Below are positions 38,814 through 47,545 of a DNA stretch of 64,000 nucleotides, piece after piece. Numbering within the stretch: position 1 is the first letter of the stretch; the number at the start of each line of letters is the position of its first letter. Position numbers and translations under genes: made by a program. The stretch lies in IMG/VR virus record IMGVR_UViG_3300005543_000001, positions 4,833 through 68,832 of that record. One strand, written 5' to 3'. This DNA comes from a virus (taxonomy: Duplodnaviria > Caudoviricetes). The notes beneath the pieces are model-generated. The model was not told where the DNA came from. It ran no database searches and was given only the letters and a program-made list of their open reading frames with translations.

Positions 38814-39040
38814 CGCACCCCATCGAACCGCATCCCGAGCTGCTCGAGCGTCGCGTGATAGGCCCGCTCGAGCTCGGGCGTGCGTCCTGCCCTATGCCCG
38901 TAGTCCGCGCACCAAGGCCCGCGCCCTGGCTCCACGAACGGCCGCTCGTCGAGCTCGAGCGAGTCGCGGTTGGCGATCTGCTTGGCGAGCGCACCGCACT
39001 CGAGGAGCACGCTCAGGTAGTCGGGTCGATCAAGTCTCAT
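38765..39040 (-). CDS. Hypothetical protein
   Basis: Coupled ORF. Confidence 0.5.
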   Translation of the reverse strand: MRLDRPDYLSVLLECGALAKQIANRDSLELDERPFVEPGRGPWCADYGHRAGRTPELERAYHATLEQLGMRFDGVRWFVRGPVNDKGRVQT

Positions 39041-39249
39041 CGCGGTCCCTCCGCAACAGGGCCCTCGACCTGCTTGAGCAGCAGCGCGTGAGCGATTCGG
39101 CGTTCTTGAATAAGGTCGAGCTGGCTCCGCTCCAGCTCCAGCTCAAGCTTGTCGAATCGCTCCCTGAGCACGCTCAACTTGATGACCGTGTAGAAATGGC
39201 TGAGCGTGACAATGAGCAGCGCAAAGGCCAGTAACGAGTCCGTCATCAC
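39037..39249 (-). CDS. Small TM plus coiled-coil protein
   Basis: Hydrophobic N-terminus. Confidence 0.5.
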   Translation of the reverse strand: MMTDSLLAFALLIVTLSHFYTVIKLSVLRERFDKLELELERSQLDLIQERRIAHALLLKQVEGPVAEGPR

Positions 39250-39902
39250 GCGCCCCTCCCCAGCAGCTTCGGCCGCGGCATGGTCACAGGCACGTCCAGC
39301 GCGAGGACCCCTTGCGACGCCCGCGCCTTTTTCACGCGCCGCTCGATCCGTTCCTCAGCCTTACGCCCGTCGAACGTCGCCAGCCCACCGAGCGAGCCAT
39401 ACGCCGTGAGACACACGCCCTCGGCTTCGTCATGCGACTCGATGCGCTCACCGAGGTACTGCGAAGCCCAATCGATCGCTGCTTGTTTCACATTCCCACG
39501 CGTGATGCCGTGCACCCGAGCTCGCCACGTCGATGGCTGCACCTCAAGCAAGTGCGACCGATGCACGCCGTTCCACACGAGCATGCCGATCCACACACCG
39601 TAGTTCTTCCCCATGCCGATCAACGTCTGATTGCTGCGTTCAGGTGCCGCCTGCTGAGGCCCCTTACGCAGCGTCTCGTGATCGTGCCGCGTGAGCCGAT
39701 CAGCGGGCATGTGATCGTGTTTTTCAAATTGCACCCACAGCGCAGCGGGATCACCGCCGGCATATCGCAGCGCGAGCTTCACGACGTCGATGCGGTCGAC
39801 GTCGGTGCGCGCCAGCCCGTGCTCGAGTACGCGCCCCCACTCGAGCGCGATGCCCCACCCGGTGGAGCCGCCCTGGTCGAGGCCGAGCACGACGCGGGTC
39901 AT
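39246..39902 (-). CDS. RuvC-like Holliday junction resolvase
   Basis: VVLGLDQGGSTGW, QFEK, PSTWRA, HDEAEG. Confidence 0.75.
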   Translation of the reverse strand: MTRVVLGLDQGGSTGWGIALEWGRVLEHGLARTDVDRIDVVKLALRYAGGDPAALWVQFEKHDHMPADRLTRHDHETLRKGPQQAAPERSNQTLIGMGKNYGVWIGMLVWNGVHRSHLLEVQPSTWRARVHGITRGNVKQAAIDWASQYLGERIESHDEAEGVCLTAYGSLGGLATFDGRKAEERIERRVKKARASQGVLALDVPVTMPRPKLLGRGA

Positions 39903-40483
39903 GGCATCGCTCCGTGCTCGCCGTGTTCAAAGCGGGCTGAGAGGGCTCGCCGGTATGCTTCTGCGAGGCGCGGGTAGTCCTCGCTGCCCCACTCGCGTTT
40001 GTCGTCACAGCCGCAAATGCGGCCTACGCGTCCCTCGAATGCGAGGTCTTTCGCGCCACAGCGCGCGCACGCACAGAAGTATTGACAGTGGTCCCAGCCA
40101 CCCTCGCCGTAATGGACCTCAATCTCTGGGTACTCAAGACCCTTATCGTCGAACCGAGCCATGCCACCGACGACGTACAAGCTCACGCCCGTCGCCTCGG
40201 CGAGCTCGGGCCAGCGCTCGTCGCCGGCGCCCTCGTCCGCGGGCGGGGGCTTCACTTCGAACCACACCGCGCCTGCGCTGAGGTGCAACTTGAAATCGGG
40301 AAGGTAAGGGCCGCTTGGCAGTGCGTAGCCTTCTGGCTCGTACTCCCAAGGGATGCCCAGCGCGTCGAAGAACACCGCCCAGCGCGCCTCGAGTCGCGAC
40401 CGGAACCGGCAACCCGCGTAAGCCGTCTCGATGGCTCTGATCCGGTCGCCTATCGTCTGGGCCGGGTTCGCGCGCCGCCTCAT
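39899..40483 (-). CDS. PD-(D/E)XK-type phage nuclease
   Basis: IETAYAGCRFRSRLEARWAVFFD...YEPEG...YLPDF...FEVK. Confidence 0.8.
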   Translation of the reverse strand: MRRRANPAQTIGDRIRAIETAYAGCRFRSRLEARWAVFFDALGIPWEYEPEGYALPSGPYLPDFKLHLSAGAVWFEVKPPPADEGAGDERWPELAEATGVSLYVVGGMARFDDKGLEYPEIEVHYGEGGWDHCQYFCACARCGAKDLAFEGRVGRICGCDDKREWGSEDYPRLAEAYRRALSARFEHGEHGAMP

Positions 40484-41070
40484 GCGGCCTCCGTCGCGAG
40501 CAGCTCGACGTCGACGAGCTCGGCGCCGAGCGCATCGAACAGCTCCCCAAAGCAGATTGTTGCGTGCACGCCAACGGGCACGCCAGCGAGCTCGGGGGTA
40601 AGGCGCCACTCGCCGCGCAGCTTCATGCCGATCCAACGGTCGAGGTCGCTAGGCCCGGCGCGCCTCAGCTCGACCGCAAGCGCTGCGGCCTCCAGCTCGC
40701 GCATCACGAATGCTGGCCAGCCCTCCCGGACGGCGTTCGTGTACGCATCACGCGCCGTCGCACAGACACAGCGCCGCAAGTGACGGCGAAAGGTGATCAC
40801 GAACGGGACGGGCAGCCCGACGGCGTAGGCGACACAGCACGTCAGGACCTCGCGTGAGGCCCGCGAGGGCGCGCCGACGATGACGCGTAGCGCTCGGTAG
40901 CTCGCGCGGTCCTCACGGCCCTCCTGGTCGCCACAGAGCGCCTCTAGGCGGGCCTCCAGCGCCTCGGGGACCTCACCATCCAGGCCGACACCCTCGGCAA
41001 CCAGGCAGAGGCTCCCACGGGCCTGCAGGACGCCGTCGAAGAGCGCGAGTGCTTGGCCGTAGGGGTTCAA
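40480..41070 (-). CDS. Hypothetical protein
   Basis: Coupled ORF. Confidence 0.5.
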   Translation of the reverse strand: MNPYGQALALFDGVLQARGSLCLVAEGVGLDGEVPEALEARLEALCGDQEGREDRASYRALRVIVGAPSRASREVLTCCVAYAVGLPVPFVITFRRHLRRCVCATARDAYTNAVREGWPAFVMRELEAAALAVELRRAGPSDLDRWIGMKLRGEWRLTPELAGVPVGVHATICFGELFDALGAELVDVELLATEAA

Positions 41071-43463
41071 AACACCCTCCGCGGCCGCGGCTTTTCGTCC
41101 TGCACCACTATGCCTGAGAGTGGTGCAGGAGTGGTGCAGGGTGAAGTGTCCGTATCCTCTACTGATTCACCACTATCACCAGTAGCACCACTATACTGCT
41201 TAATAGACAAGTGAGATTGGTGTGTAGACACGTCTCCATGGACATCAGGCGGCTGGGTGCCTGCGGGCGTGTCCGTGTCCGCGTCACGCGCGCAGGTGGT
41301 ATAAAGGGAATCTACTGGTGCTACTGGTGATAGTGGTGAATCACCATTTGTTTCAGGCGCTTGGCCCTCCACCACTCTTGCACCACTATCGCCCCTAGTG
41401 GTGCACTTCGGTCCCTTTTTCCCTTGAGTTTCGTAGCGCCACACCCGGCAACCATCCACCGAGACCATCCGGCGCACCCACCCGAGCTCACGCAGAATGG
41501 CCGCAACTCGATTTGCACTGCGCTGGTCATACGACCACGCCTTACCGCGGGGCTCGCGCGATGGCTGTTGATAGGAGCCAAACCCTCGCGGGGTCGTCTG
41601 CTCATCGGGTCCGTGGCCGAGGTAGTCAAGTACATCGCCGACCGTCACATGGCGACGTCCTTTGACGAACTGAACAACAAGCGGGTGCCATGGGTCAACC
41701 TGTCGCCGTGCCGCCTGCTCCTCTTCCGCCTCTGCACATACCTCCGGGTCGGTGATGTGCCAGCTCTCACCGTTACGCAGGCGGTAGAGGGCCTCCGCCC
41801 AGAGCTGATCGCGGTCACGTTGCAGCGCCTCGCAATCGGCGCGCTCGCACTCCAACGGCCAGAACCGCCGATTGCCCGTCGAGTCCGCGAGGTAGCTCCC
41901 CTCATTCGTCGTGGCCGCAAACACGCAACGGCGCGGATGCTCGACCGTGCGCCGGGCGTACGCGGATCGAAACCGGGGGGCACGCGCGCTGATGAACGCC
42001 TTGAGCGCGGTGACCTCGCTCTTGCGCATGTGGTCGAGCTCGGCCAGCTCGATGATCCACGGCCCGACGCAGTGCTCGTGCGCGTCTCGGCCAAGCTCGG
42101 GCAGGGTGTCGCTGAAGTAGTCAGACCCGGCGAGGATGGACAGTGCCGTCGACTTGCCAATGCCCTGGAGGCCCTCGAGGACGATGACGTGGTCGACCTG
42201 ACAACCGGGCGTCCGCGCTCGCGCCACGGCGGAGAGCATCCATTTGCTCATGACGGCACGCGTGTAGCTGGAGTCCTTGGCACCGAAATAGGTCGTGGCC
42301 ATCTGGTCAAGGCGCGGGGTCTCATCCCACTTGAGCCCGACCAGATAGTCGCGGACAGCGTCGAAGCGGTTGCGCTCGCAGACAATCGAGATGGCCTGCT
42401 CGAGCTGCGTTGTCTTGGGCTGCATCGACCACCCAAGGCACGTCTGCCCGACCAGCCAATCCGCCACGCGAACCACGTCCGTGTCCGTAACCGCACGAGG
42501 GATCGCAGCCTTGTCCACGGTCACATCGGAGGCGAACGGTGGTTGCCGCTTGAAGATTTGCCGCTCGCGCCGCGCATCGAAAGCGAGCACGGCCTCCCAG
42601 GCCGGGTGGAACATCAGGATGCGGGTGATGTTGTCGACGTCCTTGATGGGTAGGCTCGTATCCGCGTCGAGGCGCAGCTTCTCGAAGACAGGCTTCCATT
42701 CTTCGCTTGGAGCCACCCGCGAGGTATCGGGCGGCAAGCGCCCGTTCGCACGCGCTTCCTCCATCAGTTGGTAGAGTTCGCTGAGCTCGTGGGTAGCGAG
42801 GAAGTCGTCGAGCTTGGGCGCGTCTTTCGGGAAGCGAACGATGTAGACCCTGGCACCAGCGCCCTCGAGAGCGCGACCGAACTCCAGCTCCTGCTTGCGA
42901 ACCTGGTTGTTGCTCAACGCGTCGGCGTCGAAGGCGAGGTAAACGATCAGCCCGACGAGCGCGACGTGGGAAAAATACGGGTGAAGCGTCCTCTCGTCCT
43001 TGATGTGCCACTGGTGGACGCCGGGGAGAGCGATGCAACTGAGCCCGTGTGACTCGGCCGCAAGCATCTTTTTTTCGCCCTCGGTCAGCCAGAGTGGAAC
43101 GGAAGGATCACGGAGCGCTGGGCCTTCGAGAAGCGAGGGCCCAAACGCGAGGTGCGTGCCGGTCTCCTTCGCCTGGGCGTACTTCACGAGCTTGATCGAG
43201 CCGTCGCGCTGTCGCTCCTCCAAGGGCTTGGCGGGCTTACCGCGTACGAGCACCGGGTCGCGCTGAAAGGGGATGCGGTAGGGGAAGACCAACACCGGAA
43301 GGCGTCCTTCCCAGTCTTTCGGCCGTCGCCCGAACAGCTTTGCAGCGGCCTTGGCATCGTCGAGGGAGTAGAGCCCCATGCACTCGGCGATCTCGGGCGA
43401 GATGGCCGAAGCCTTGAGCTCCGCGATCTGCGCTTCTGTCAACGAGGGTGGCCACTGCGTCAT
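41067..43463 (-). CDS. Primase (DUF3854/TOPRIM-like) fused to VirE/VapE helicase
   Basis: LTEGEKK, YLAFDAD; LEGLQGIGKST, IIELAEL, TTNEGSYLADSTGNRRFWP. Confidence 0.9.
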   Translation of the reverse strand: MTQWPPSLTEAQIAELKASAISPEIAECMGLYSLDDAKAAAKLFGRRPKDWEGRLPVLVFPYRIPFQRDPVLVRGKPAKPLEERQRDGSIKLVKYAQAKETGTHLAFGPSLLEGPALRDPSVPLWLTEGEKKMLAAESHGLSCIALPGVHQWHIKDERTLHPYFSHVALVGLIVYLAFDADALSNNQVRKQELEFGRALEGAGARVYIVRFPKDAPKLDDFLATHELSELYQLMEEARANGRLPPDTSRVAPSEEWKPVFEKLRLDADTSLPIKDVDNITRILMFHPAWEAVLAFDARRERQIFKRQPPFASDVTVDKAAIPRAVTDTDVVRVADWLVGQTCLGWSMQPKTTQLEQAISIVCERNRFDAVRDYLVGLKWDETPRLDQMATTYFGAKDSSYTRAVMSKWMLSAVARARTPGCQVDHVIVLEGLQGIGKSTALSILAGSDYFSDTLPELGRDAHEHCVGPWIIELAELDHMRKSEVTALKAFISARAPRFRSAYARRTVEHPRRCVFAATTNEGSYLADSTGNRRFWPLECERADCEALQRDRDQLWAEALYRLRNGESWHITDPEVCAEAEEEQAARRQVDPWHPLVVQFVKGRRHVTVGDVLDYLGHGPDEQTTPRGFGSYQQPSREPRGKAWSYDQRSANRVAAILRELGWVRRMVSVDGCRVWRYETQGKKGPKCTTRGDSGARVVEGQAPETNGDSPLSPVAPVDSLYTTCARDADTDTPAGTQPPDVHGDVSTHQSHLSIKQYSGATGDSGESVEDTDTSPCTTPAPLSGIVVQDEKPRPRRVF
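41101..41405. repeat. Nested inverted repeats, candidate replication origin
   Basis: Perfect 28-bp IR 41163-41190/41316-41343; near-identical 36-bp IR 41101-41136/41370-41405. Confidence 0.7.
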
Positions 43464-43483
43464 GACTACTCCGCGCTCTCGTT

Positions 43484-43699
43484 TCAAACGACCCACGTGC
43501 GCGCATCGGCGTCGTGGGTCTCGGCGTTGGACTGATGCTTGCGCTCGGCCGCCACGCGCCCGACGTGCTCCAGCAGCGCGCCCACCGTCGTCCACGGCCC
43601 GGTCACGAGCGCAACCTCGCCGATCATGGCGCTACCGTGGTACTCGCCCTTTTCGTCGACGGTCACGGACACACTCAGGACGACATCTCGCTTTCTCAT
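43484..43699 (-). CDS. Hypothetical protein
   Basis: Coupled ORF. Confidence 0.5.
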   Translation of the reverse strand: MRKRDVVLSVSVTVDEKGEYHGSAMIGEVALVTGPWTTVGALLEHVGRVAAERKHQSNAETHDADARTWVV

Positions 43700-44061
43700 A
43701 CGGCCCCCGTGGTGCAGCAGCGTGTCGACGGCGGACCAAGATCCAGTGTTGATCGCCGTGCCGCTGGAGAAGGTGTCGCTTGTGTGATCCCCGCCCGGAC
43801 TGCGGTCCTCCTACAGTCGGCAGCGATCCACTCGCCATCGAGGCAGACCAGCACCGTCGCGACGTCGAGCTCGAGCGCGGCCGCGATGTCGGCCACGGTT
43901 CGCAGGCCGACCAGGCGCTTGCCGCTTTCGATACAGCTCACAATGGGTCCGTAGGAATCGATCCGCCGCGCCAGCTCCTCGCGCGACATCTCGGCATCGA
44001 GGCGCAGCTCGCGGATACGCGCGCCGACTGTCTTCGCGATGCCGGGATCGAGCCGCTTCAT
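43696..44061 (-). CDS. XRE-family HTH regulator
   Basis: VGARIRELR...MSREELARRI...IESGKR. Confidence 0.8.
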   Translation of the reverse strand: MKRLDPGIAKTVGARIRELRLDAEMSREELARRIDSYGPIVSCIESGKRLVGLRTVADIAAALELDVATVLVCLDGEWIAADCRRTAVRAGITQATPSPAARRSTLDLGPPSTRCCTTGAV

Positions 44062-44210
44062 GGCCCCGTCTCCGCTTCTGGTTCGGCCTGCTCGTCTGCG
44101 CGCTTGTCTTCGTCCATCCAGCGCTCCGTCAGCACCACCAGCAGACTGGCATTGAGCGCGAGGGCGAGCGCGAGGCCGAACAGGACGCACTCGAGGACGC
44201 GTTCGCTCAT
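44058..44210 (-). CDS. 50-aa membrane peptide
   Basis: MSERVLECVLFGLALALNASLLVVL; ATGA overlaps at both ends. Confidence 0.5.
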   Translation of the reverse strand: MSERVLECVLFGLALALALNASLLVVLTERWMDEDKRADEQAEPEAETGP

Positions 44211-44491
44211 CGGACGCCCCGCGGAGACAGCTCTTGCACGGGCGGCCGCACGTACGCGAGGCGTGGACAGCGACGAAGGCTGTCGAGTCTGATCGAAGCT
44301 TGCCGTCCATTGCGTAAGAGCGACACGACGGCCATCGCATCGGCGCCACAGAGCGCGCGAACGTGAGCCCCGAACGCGATCGACAGGACGATGCCGCGCA
44401 CGACATGACCGCGAAAGCGGAGGAGCTGCCCCGCCTGATCGACGATCACCACCGTGTCGCCGGGCGCGATGCCGCTGCGCACGTCAACCAT
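44207..44491 (-). CDS. Hypothetical protein
   Basis: Coupled ORF. Confidence 0.45.
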   Translation of the reverse strand: MVDVRSGIAPGDTVVIVDQAGQLLRFRGHVVRGIVLSIAFGAHVRALCGADAMAVVSLLRNGRQASIRLDSLRRCPRLAYVRPPVQELSPRGVR

Positions 44492-44574
44492 GGCCGAAGC
44501 TCGCGATAGAAAAGCAGCAGCCTGCAGGCGGCGCGCTCCCGGGAGGTGAGTCGCCACGCGTCTGCAGGCCGCTG

Positions 44575-44620
44575 ACAAAAGCGCGCTCACAGCAAGCGGG
44601 CAAGCTTGCTGCGTGAGCGC
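44575..44620 (-). terminator. Intrinsic terminator after cro (tR1-like)
   Basis: Long GC hairpin followed by TTTTGT on minus strand. Confidence 0.55.
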
Positions 44621-44703
44621 ACGGAGTTGAGGTTTGGACGAGTCGCTGAGTCACGGCGTTGCCCCCGGCGTCCGTGTTGCCCCGTTGCGCATGTTGAGAA
44701 ACG

Positions 44704-44922
44704 TCAGGCGGCGTTGGTCTCGCCGACGATGAGCCAACCAATCGAGGTGCCGTACAGCTCCGCCAAGCGCGCGAGCTTCTTGAGCGACGGCTCGAAGTCG
44801 CCGCGTTCCCACCGATCGAACGTGCGGACGCTGACTCCGAGCTTCTTCGCGACGAACTGGCGCGTGAGGCCCTTTTGCTCGCGCGCCTGTCGAAGTCGCC
44901 CGCCAAAACCAGCAGCACTCAT
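44704..44922 (-). CDS. Cro-like repressor
   Basis: 72-aa XRE HTH divergent from cI-like gene. Confidence 0.85.
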   Translation of the reverse strand: MSAAGFGGRLRQAREQKGLTRQFVAKKLGVSVRTFDRWERGDFEPSLKKLARLAELYGTSIGWLIVGETNAA

Positions 44923-44936
44923 ACGCAGGATGTTAA

Positions 44937-44950
44937 GACATAAAATGTAC
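44937..44950. promoter_or_regulatory. Candidate operator (cro side)
   Basis: GACATAAAATGTAC; consensus GACAT-N4-TGT-N-C shared with two other sites. Confidence 0.6.
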
Positions 44951-45041
44951 AGAGCACAGCCCGTTTTAGATCTGCGCTCTTAGGCCGCAAGGGAGTCTGC
45001 TCGCTAGCAAGTGCGTATGTGTTAGACGCCATCTAGCCCCG

Positions 45042-45533
45042 ATGTCCGGTGAACAGCCCAGTCTGACTACTGTGGGCCAAAGGCTGCGCAGCGCGCGCTT
45101 GGCCATGAGGCCGAAGGTCTCAGGCGCCCGGGCAGGCCTCGAGCTCAACGTCGACCAGAACACCGTGTATCGGTGGGAAAGAGACGAGTGGCTCGTGCCC
45201 ATGAAGAAGCTCGCCAAGTGCGCCGAGATGTACGGTGTCGACTTCAAATGGCTGCTGCATGGGGACGACGATGCCCGCGAAAACGATAGTGTTTCGCGAT
45301 ACCTCGCGAGCCCCGTGGCTGGGGCGGTGGCCGAGGACGTTGCCGAGCGCCTTCGACGCCTGCCCTACGGCTTGTTCGGCTATGCCGAGCCCGACGAAAG
45401 TGATGTAGCGAGCCTGCGTCACACCCTCGAGCTGCACCTTGCCCGCGCGATCACCAAGCGCCCCACTGGGGGCCAGCCCACACAATCTGACCTGCCTCCG
45501 ACGACGCCCAAGCGCCACCGCAAGAGCAGTTAG
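45042..45533 (+). CDS. CI-like repressor without a recognisable S24 autocleavage domain
   Basis: N-terminal XRE HTH; divergent from cro. Confidence 0.8.
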   Translation: MSGEQPSLTTVGQRLRSARLAMRPKVSGARAGLELNVDQNTVYRWERDEWLVPMKKLAKCAEMYGVDFKWLLHGDDDARENDSVSRYLASPVAGAVAEDVAERLRRLPYGLFGYAEPDESDVASLRHTLELHLARAITKRPTGGQPTQSDLPPTTPKRHRKSS

Positions 45534-45593
45534 CGTTGGCTAAGCGATCGCAGTCCCGCTTACAGGCGCGACAATTCGCGGTGCGGCGCGTCC

Positions 45594-45659
45594 GACATTT
45601 TTTGTTCACTAGGCCGCCTGGTCAGTCGGATTCCGTTTCAAGAGTGCACACAAAATGTC
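45594..45659. promoter_or_regulatory. Two candidate operators (early-left side)
   Basis: GACATTTTTTGTTC 45594-45607; GCACACAAAATGTC 45646-45659 (reverse orientation). Confidence 0.6.
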
Positions 45660-45665
45660 TACTCT
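45637..45665 (+). promoter_or_regulatory. Early-left promoter candidate
   Basis: TTCAAG-17 bp-TACTCT; operator lies in spacer; GTG 6 nt downstream. Confidence 0.5.
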
Positions 45666-45671
45666 TGCGAC

Positions 45672-46133
45672 GTGACCAACGTTGCTTCGCATCTCCACGA
45701 GTCCTCCGAGAGCTTCTGCGGCCTCTCCACCGCTAGCGCAGCCGTCTGCAGGCTCATCGCCGAAGCCATCGCCGACAACACGAGCTTCGTGCACGCCGCG
45801 AGTCCCGCCGAACTCGACGAGGCAGTGCACGCGCTCGAGTCCTGCCGCTTGCACGGCTGCGATGTGCACCAGCACGAGGCCGAGGCGCTCGCACTGCTCG
45901 AGCAGCGCAAGTGCGCCCACTGCCTCGTGCACGTCTCGCGCGACGAGCTCGTCGACGTCACCGACCTAGCGCCGCTGAGCGGTCCGATCTGCGCTCACTG
46001 CGAGCGCGACCTGGTGGCCGAGCTCCACGACGACGACGAGTCCCCCCCGAACCACGAAGCCGAAGCCGCCACGCGCGGCGGATTGCGTCCGGGAGCCCTC
46101 GCGCTCTTGGGCTTGCACAAGGGGGATCTGTGA
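45672..46133 (+). CDS. Cys/His-rich hypothetical protein
   Basis: CAHC and CAHCE motifs. Confidence 0.55.
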   Translation: MTNVASHLHESSESFCGLSTASAAVCRLIAEAIADNTSFVHAASPAELDEAVHALESCRLHGCDVHQHEAEALALLEQRKCAHCLVHVSRDELVDVTDLAPLSGPICAHCERDLVAELHDDDESPPNHEAEAATRGGLRPGALALLGLHKGDL

Positions 46134-46354
46134 TCACGACACGAACCATTCTCGAGGTCGAGGCGTTCAGCCAGCTCGACTACATCGGCGAGGAGATCAC
46201 CGCGCTGCGGGAAGCTGGTGATCTCACGCGCGAGCGCCTCCGCGCCACGCTCACCGTCATCCACGAGCATTGCGAGGCCGCCAAGCAAGCGTGCAGCGCG
46301 ATCGAGGAGCTCGACCGGCGCGAGCGCGCAGCCACGCCGGGAGCGATGTCGTGA
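46130..46354 (+). CDS. Hypothetical protein
   Basis: GTGA coupling. Confidence 0.5.
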   Translation: MITTRTILEVEAFSQLDYIGEEITALREAGDLTRERLRATLTVIHEHCEAAKQACSAIEELDRRERAATPGAMS

Positions 46355-46566
46355 GCCAGGGGATTCATTTCGCGGGCAAGCATGGCCGCGCCGATGTCAT
46401 GCACCGGAACGGCCTGTGGCGCGTCTTCTTCGACGGGCGCGCCGACTGGTACGTCTCGAAGTGGGCGGCCTGCCAGGTCGCGATCGGACTTGCCCACGGA
46501 GGCAAAGCTCCGCCGCACATCGCGAGTCTGCTCGATCTGAGTACGCGAGAGCGGAGGATGTCGTGA
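46351..46566 (+). CDS. Hypothetical protein
   Basis: GTGA coupling. Confidence 0.5.
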   Translation: MSQGIHFAGKHGRADVMHRNGLWRVFFDGRADWYVSKWAACQVAIGLAHGGKAPPHIASLLDLSTRERRMS

Positions 46567-46940
46567 TCGTCAGAGACGACCAGGTCCGCGATGCGCTCGC
46601 CCTCTGGTTTGGCCAGAAAGACTACGCTCGCTCGCTGAGCCCCACCGCCTCCAGCATGCGCGTCATGCGCACGGTGCTGGAGTCCGTGGACGTCAAGAAA
46701 AGTCAGGACCCCTGGCACACGGAGACCTATCAGCGGGAGCACGATGTGCACGGTCTGTTCAGTGTCTTCGAAATGGGAGGAAGCTGGCACGCTATCCGGG
46801 TCTGGACGCCCACGCTCGGCGGACCCAGTCAGATGGAGCAGCTCGGCATCCACGTGACCGCCAAAGCTGCGCGCGCGCAGTGCGACCGCATCCTCGCCGA
46901 GCTCGATGCGGCGAACGCTGAGCAGCTGGAGTGCCGATGA
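46563..46940 (+). CDS. Hypothetical protein
   Basis: GTGA coupling. Confidence 0.5.
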   Translation: MIVRDDQVRDALALWFGQKDYARSLSPTASSMRVMRTVLESVDVKKSQDPWHTETYQREHDVHGLFSVFEMGGSWHAIRVWTPTLGGPSQMEQLGIHVTAKAARAQCDRILAELDAANAEQLECR

Positions 46941-47545
46941 GTACCGTCCGCAAGCTTCCACTCGCGCCGGATGACTCCGAGCCCAACGACGACCAGCAGG
47001 TGATCGCTATCGGCGGGTCTAACGCAGCCGCGCAGGAGGACTGGCGGGCCGTGCCCGGTTACGCTGGCTACGAAGCCAGCACCCTCGGCAACATCCGCTC
47101 TTGGCGCCGTCGCGGTCCCGGCACGGCTCTTCGCGGGTACCCGTTGCAGCTTCGTCCCACGGTCGCCCTGAACGGTTATCTCGTGGTCAGCATGCGCGAT
47201 GGCAAGACCTCGAAGCAGGTCCGCGTGCATGTCGCTGTTCTCTTGACCTTCGTAGGTGAGCGTCCTCTTGGGGCCCACGGGTGCCATGGCGATGGGAACA
47301 AGGCGAACAACAGACTCATCAATCTGCGCTGGGACTCCGCGCGTGAGAACAACGCAGATCGCGCTCGACACGGGAGACTTCCGCGAGGCGCTGCTGTGTT
47401 CACGGCGAAACTGACCATCGCTAAGGTCCACGACATTCGAAGCCGCCCGAAAAGCGTGAGTAACGCGGAGCTTGCTCGCGAGTTTGGACTGAGCGCAGTG
47501 GGGCTCGGCCGCGTCCGCAAAGGAAAGGCCTGGGCGCACGTATGA
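46937..47545 (+). CDS. NUMOD4-HNH homing endonuclease
   Basis: WRAVPGYAGYEASTLGNIRS; VHVAVLLTF...CHGDGNKANNRLINLRW. Confidence 0.92.
   Translation: MSTVRKLPLAPDDSEPNDDQQVIAIGGSNAAAQEDWRAVPGYAGYEASTLGNIRSWRRRGPGTALRGYPLQLRPTVALNGYLVVSMRDGKTSKQVRVHVAVLLTFVGERPLGAHGCHGDGNKANNRLINLRWDSARENNADRARHGRLPRGAAVFTAKLTIAKVHDIRSRPKSVSNAELAREFGLSAVGLGRVRKGKAWAHV

Noticed and set aside
9816-43595. Long antisense ORFs such as 9816-11084, 12054-13379, 15101-15967 and 41361-42653 (+)
   Set aside because: Shadow frames of well-supported minus-strand genes in high-GC DNA; no motifs.
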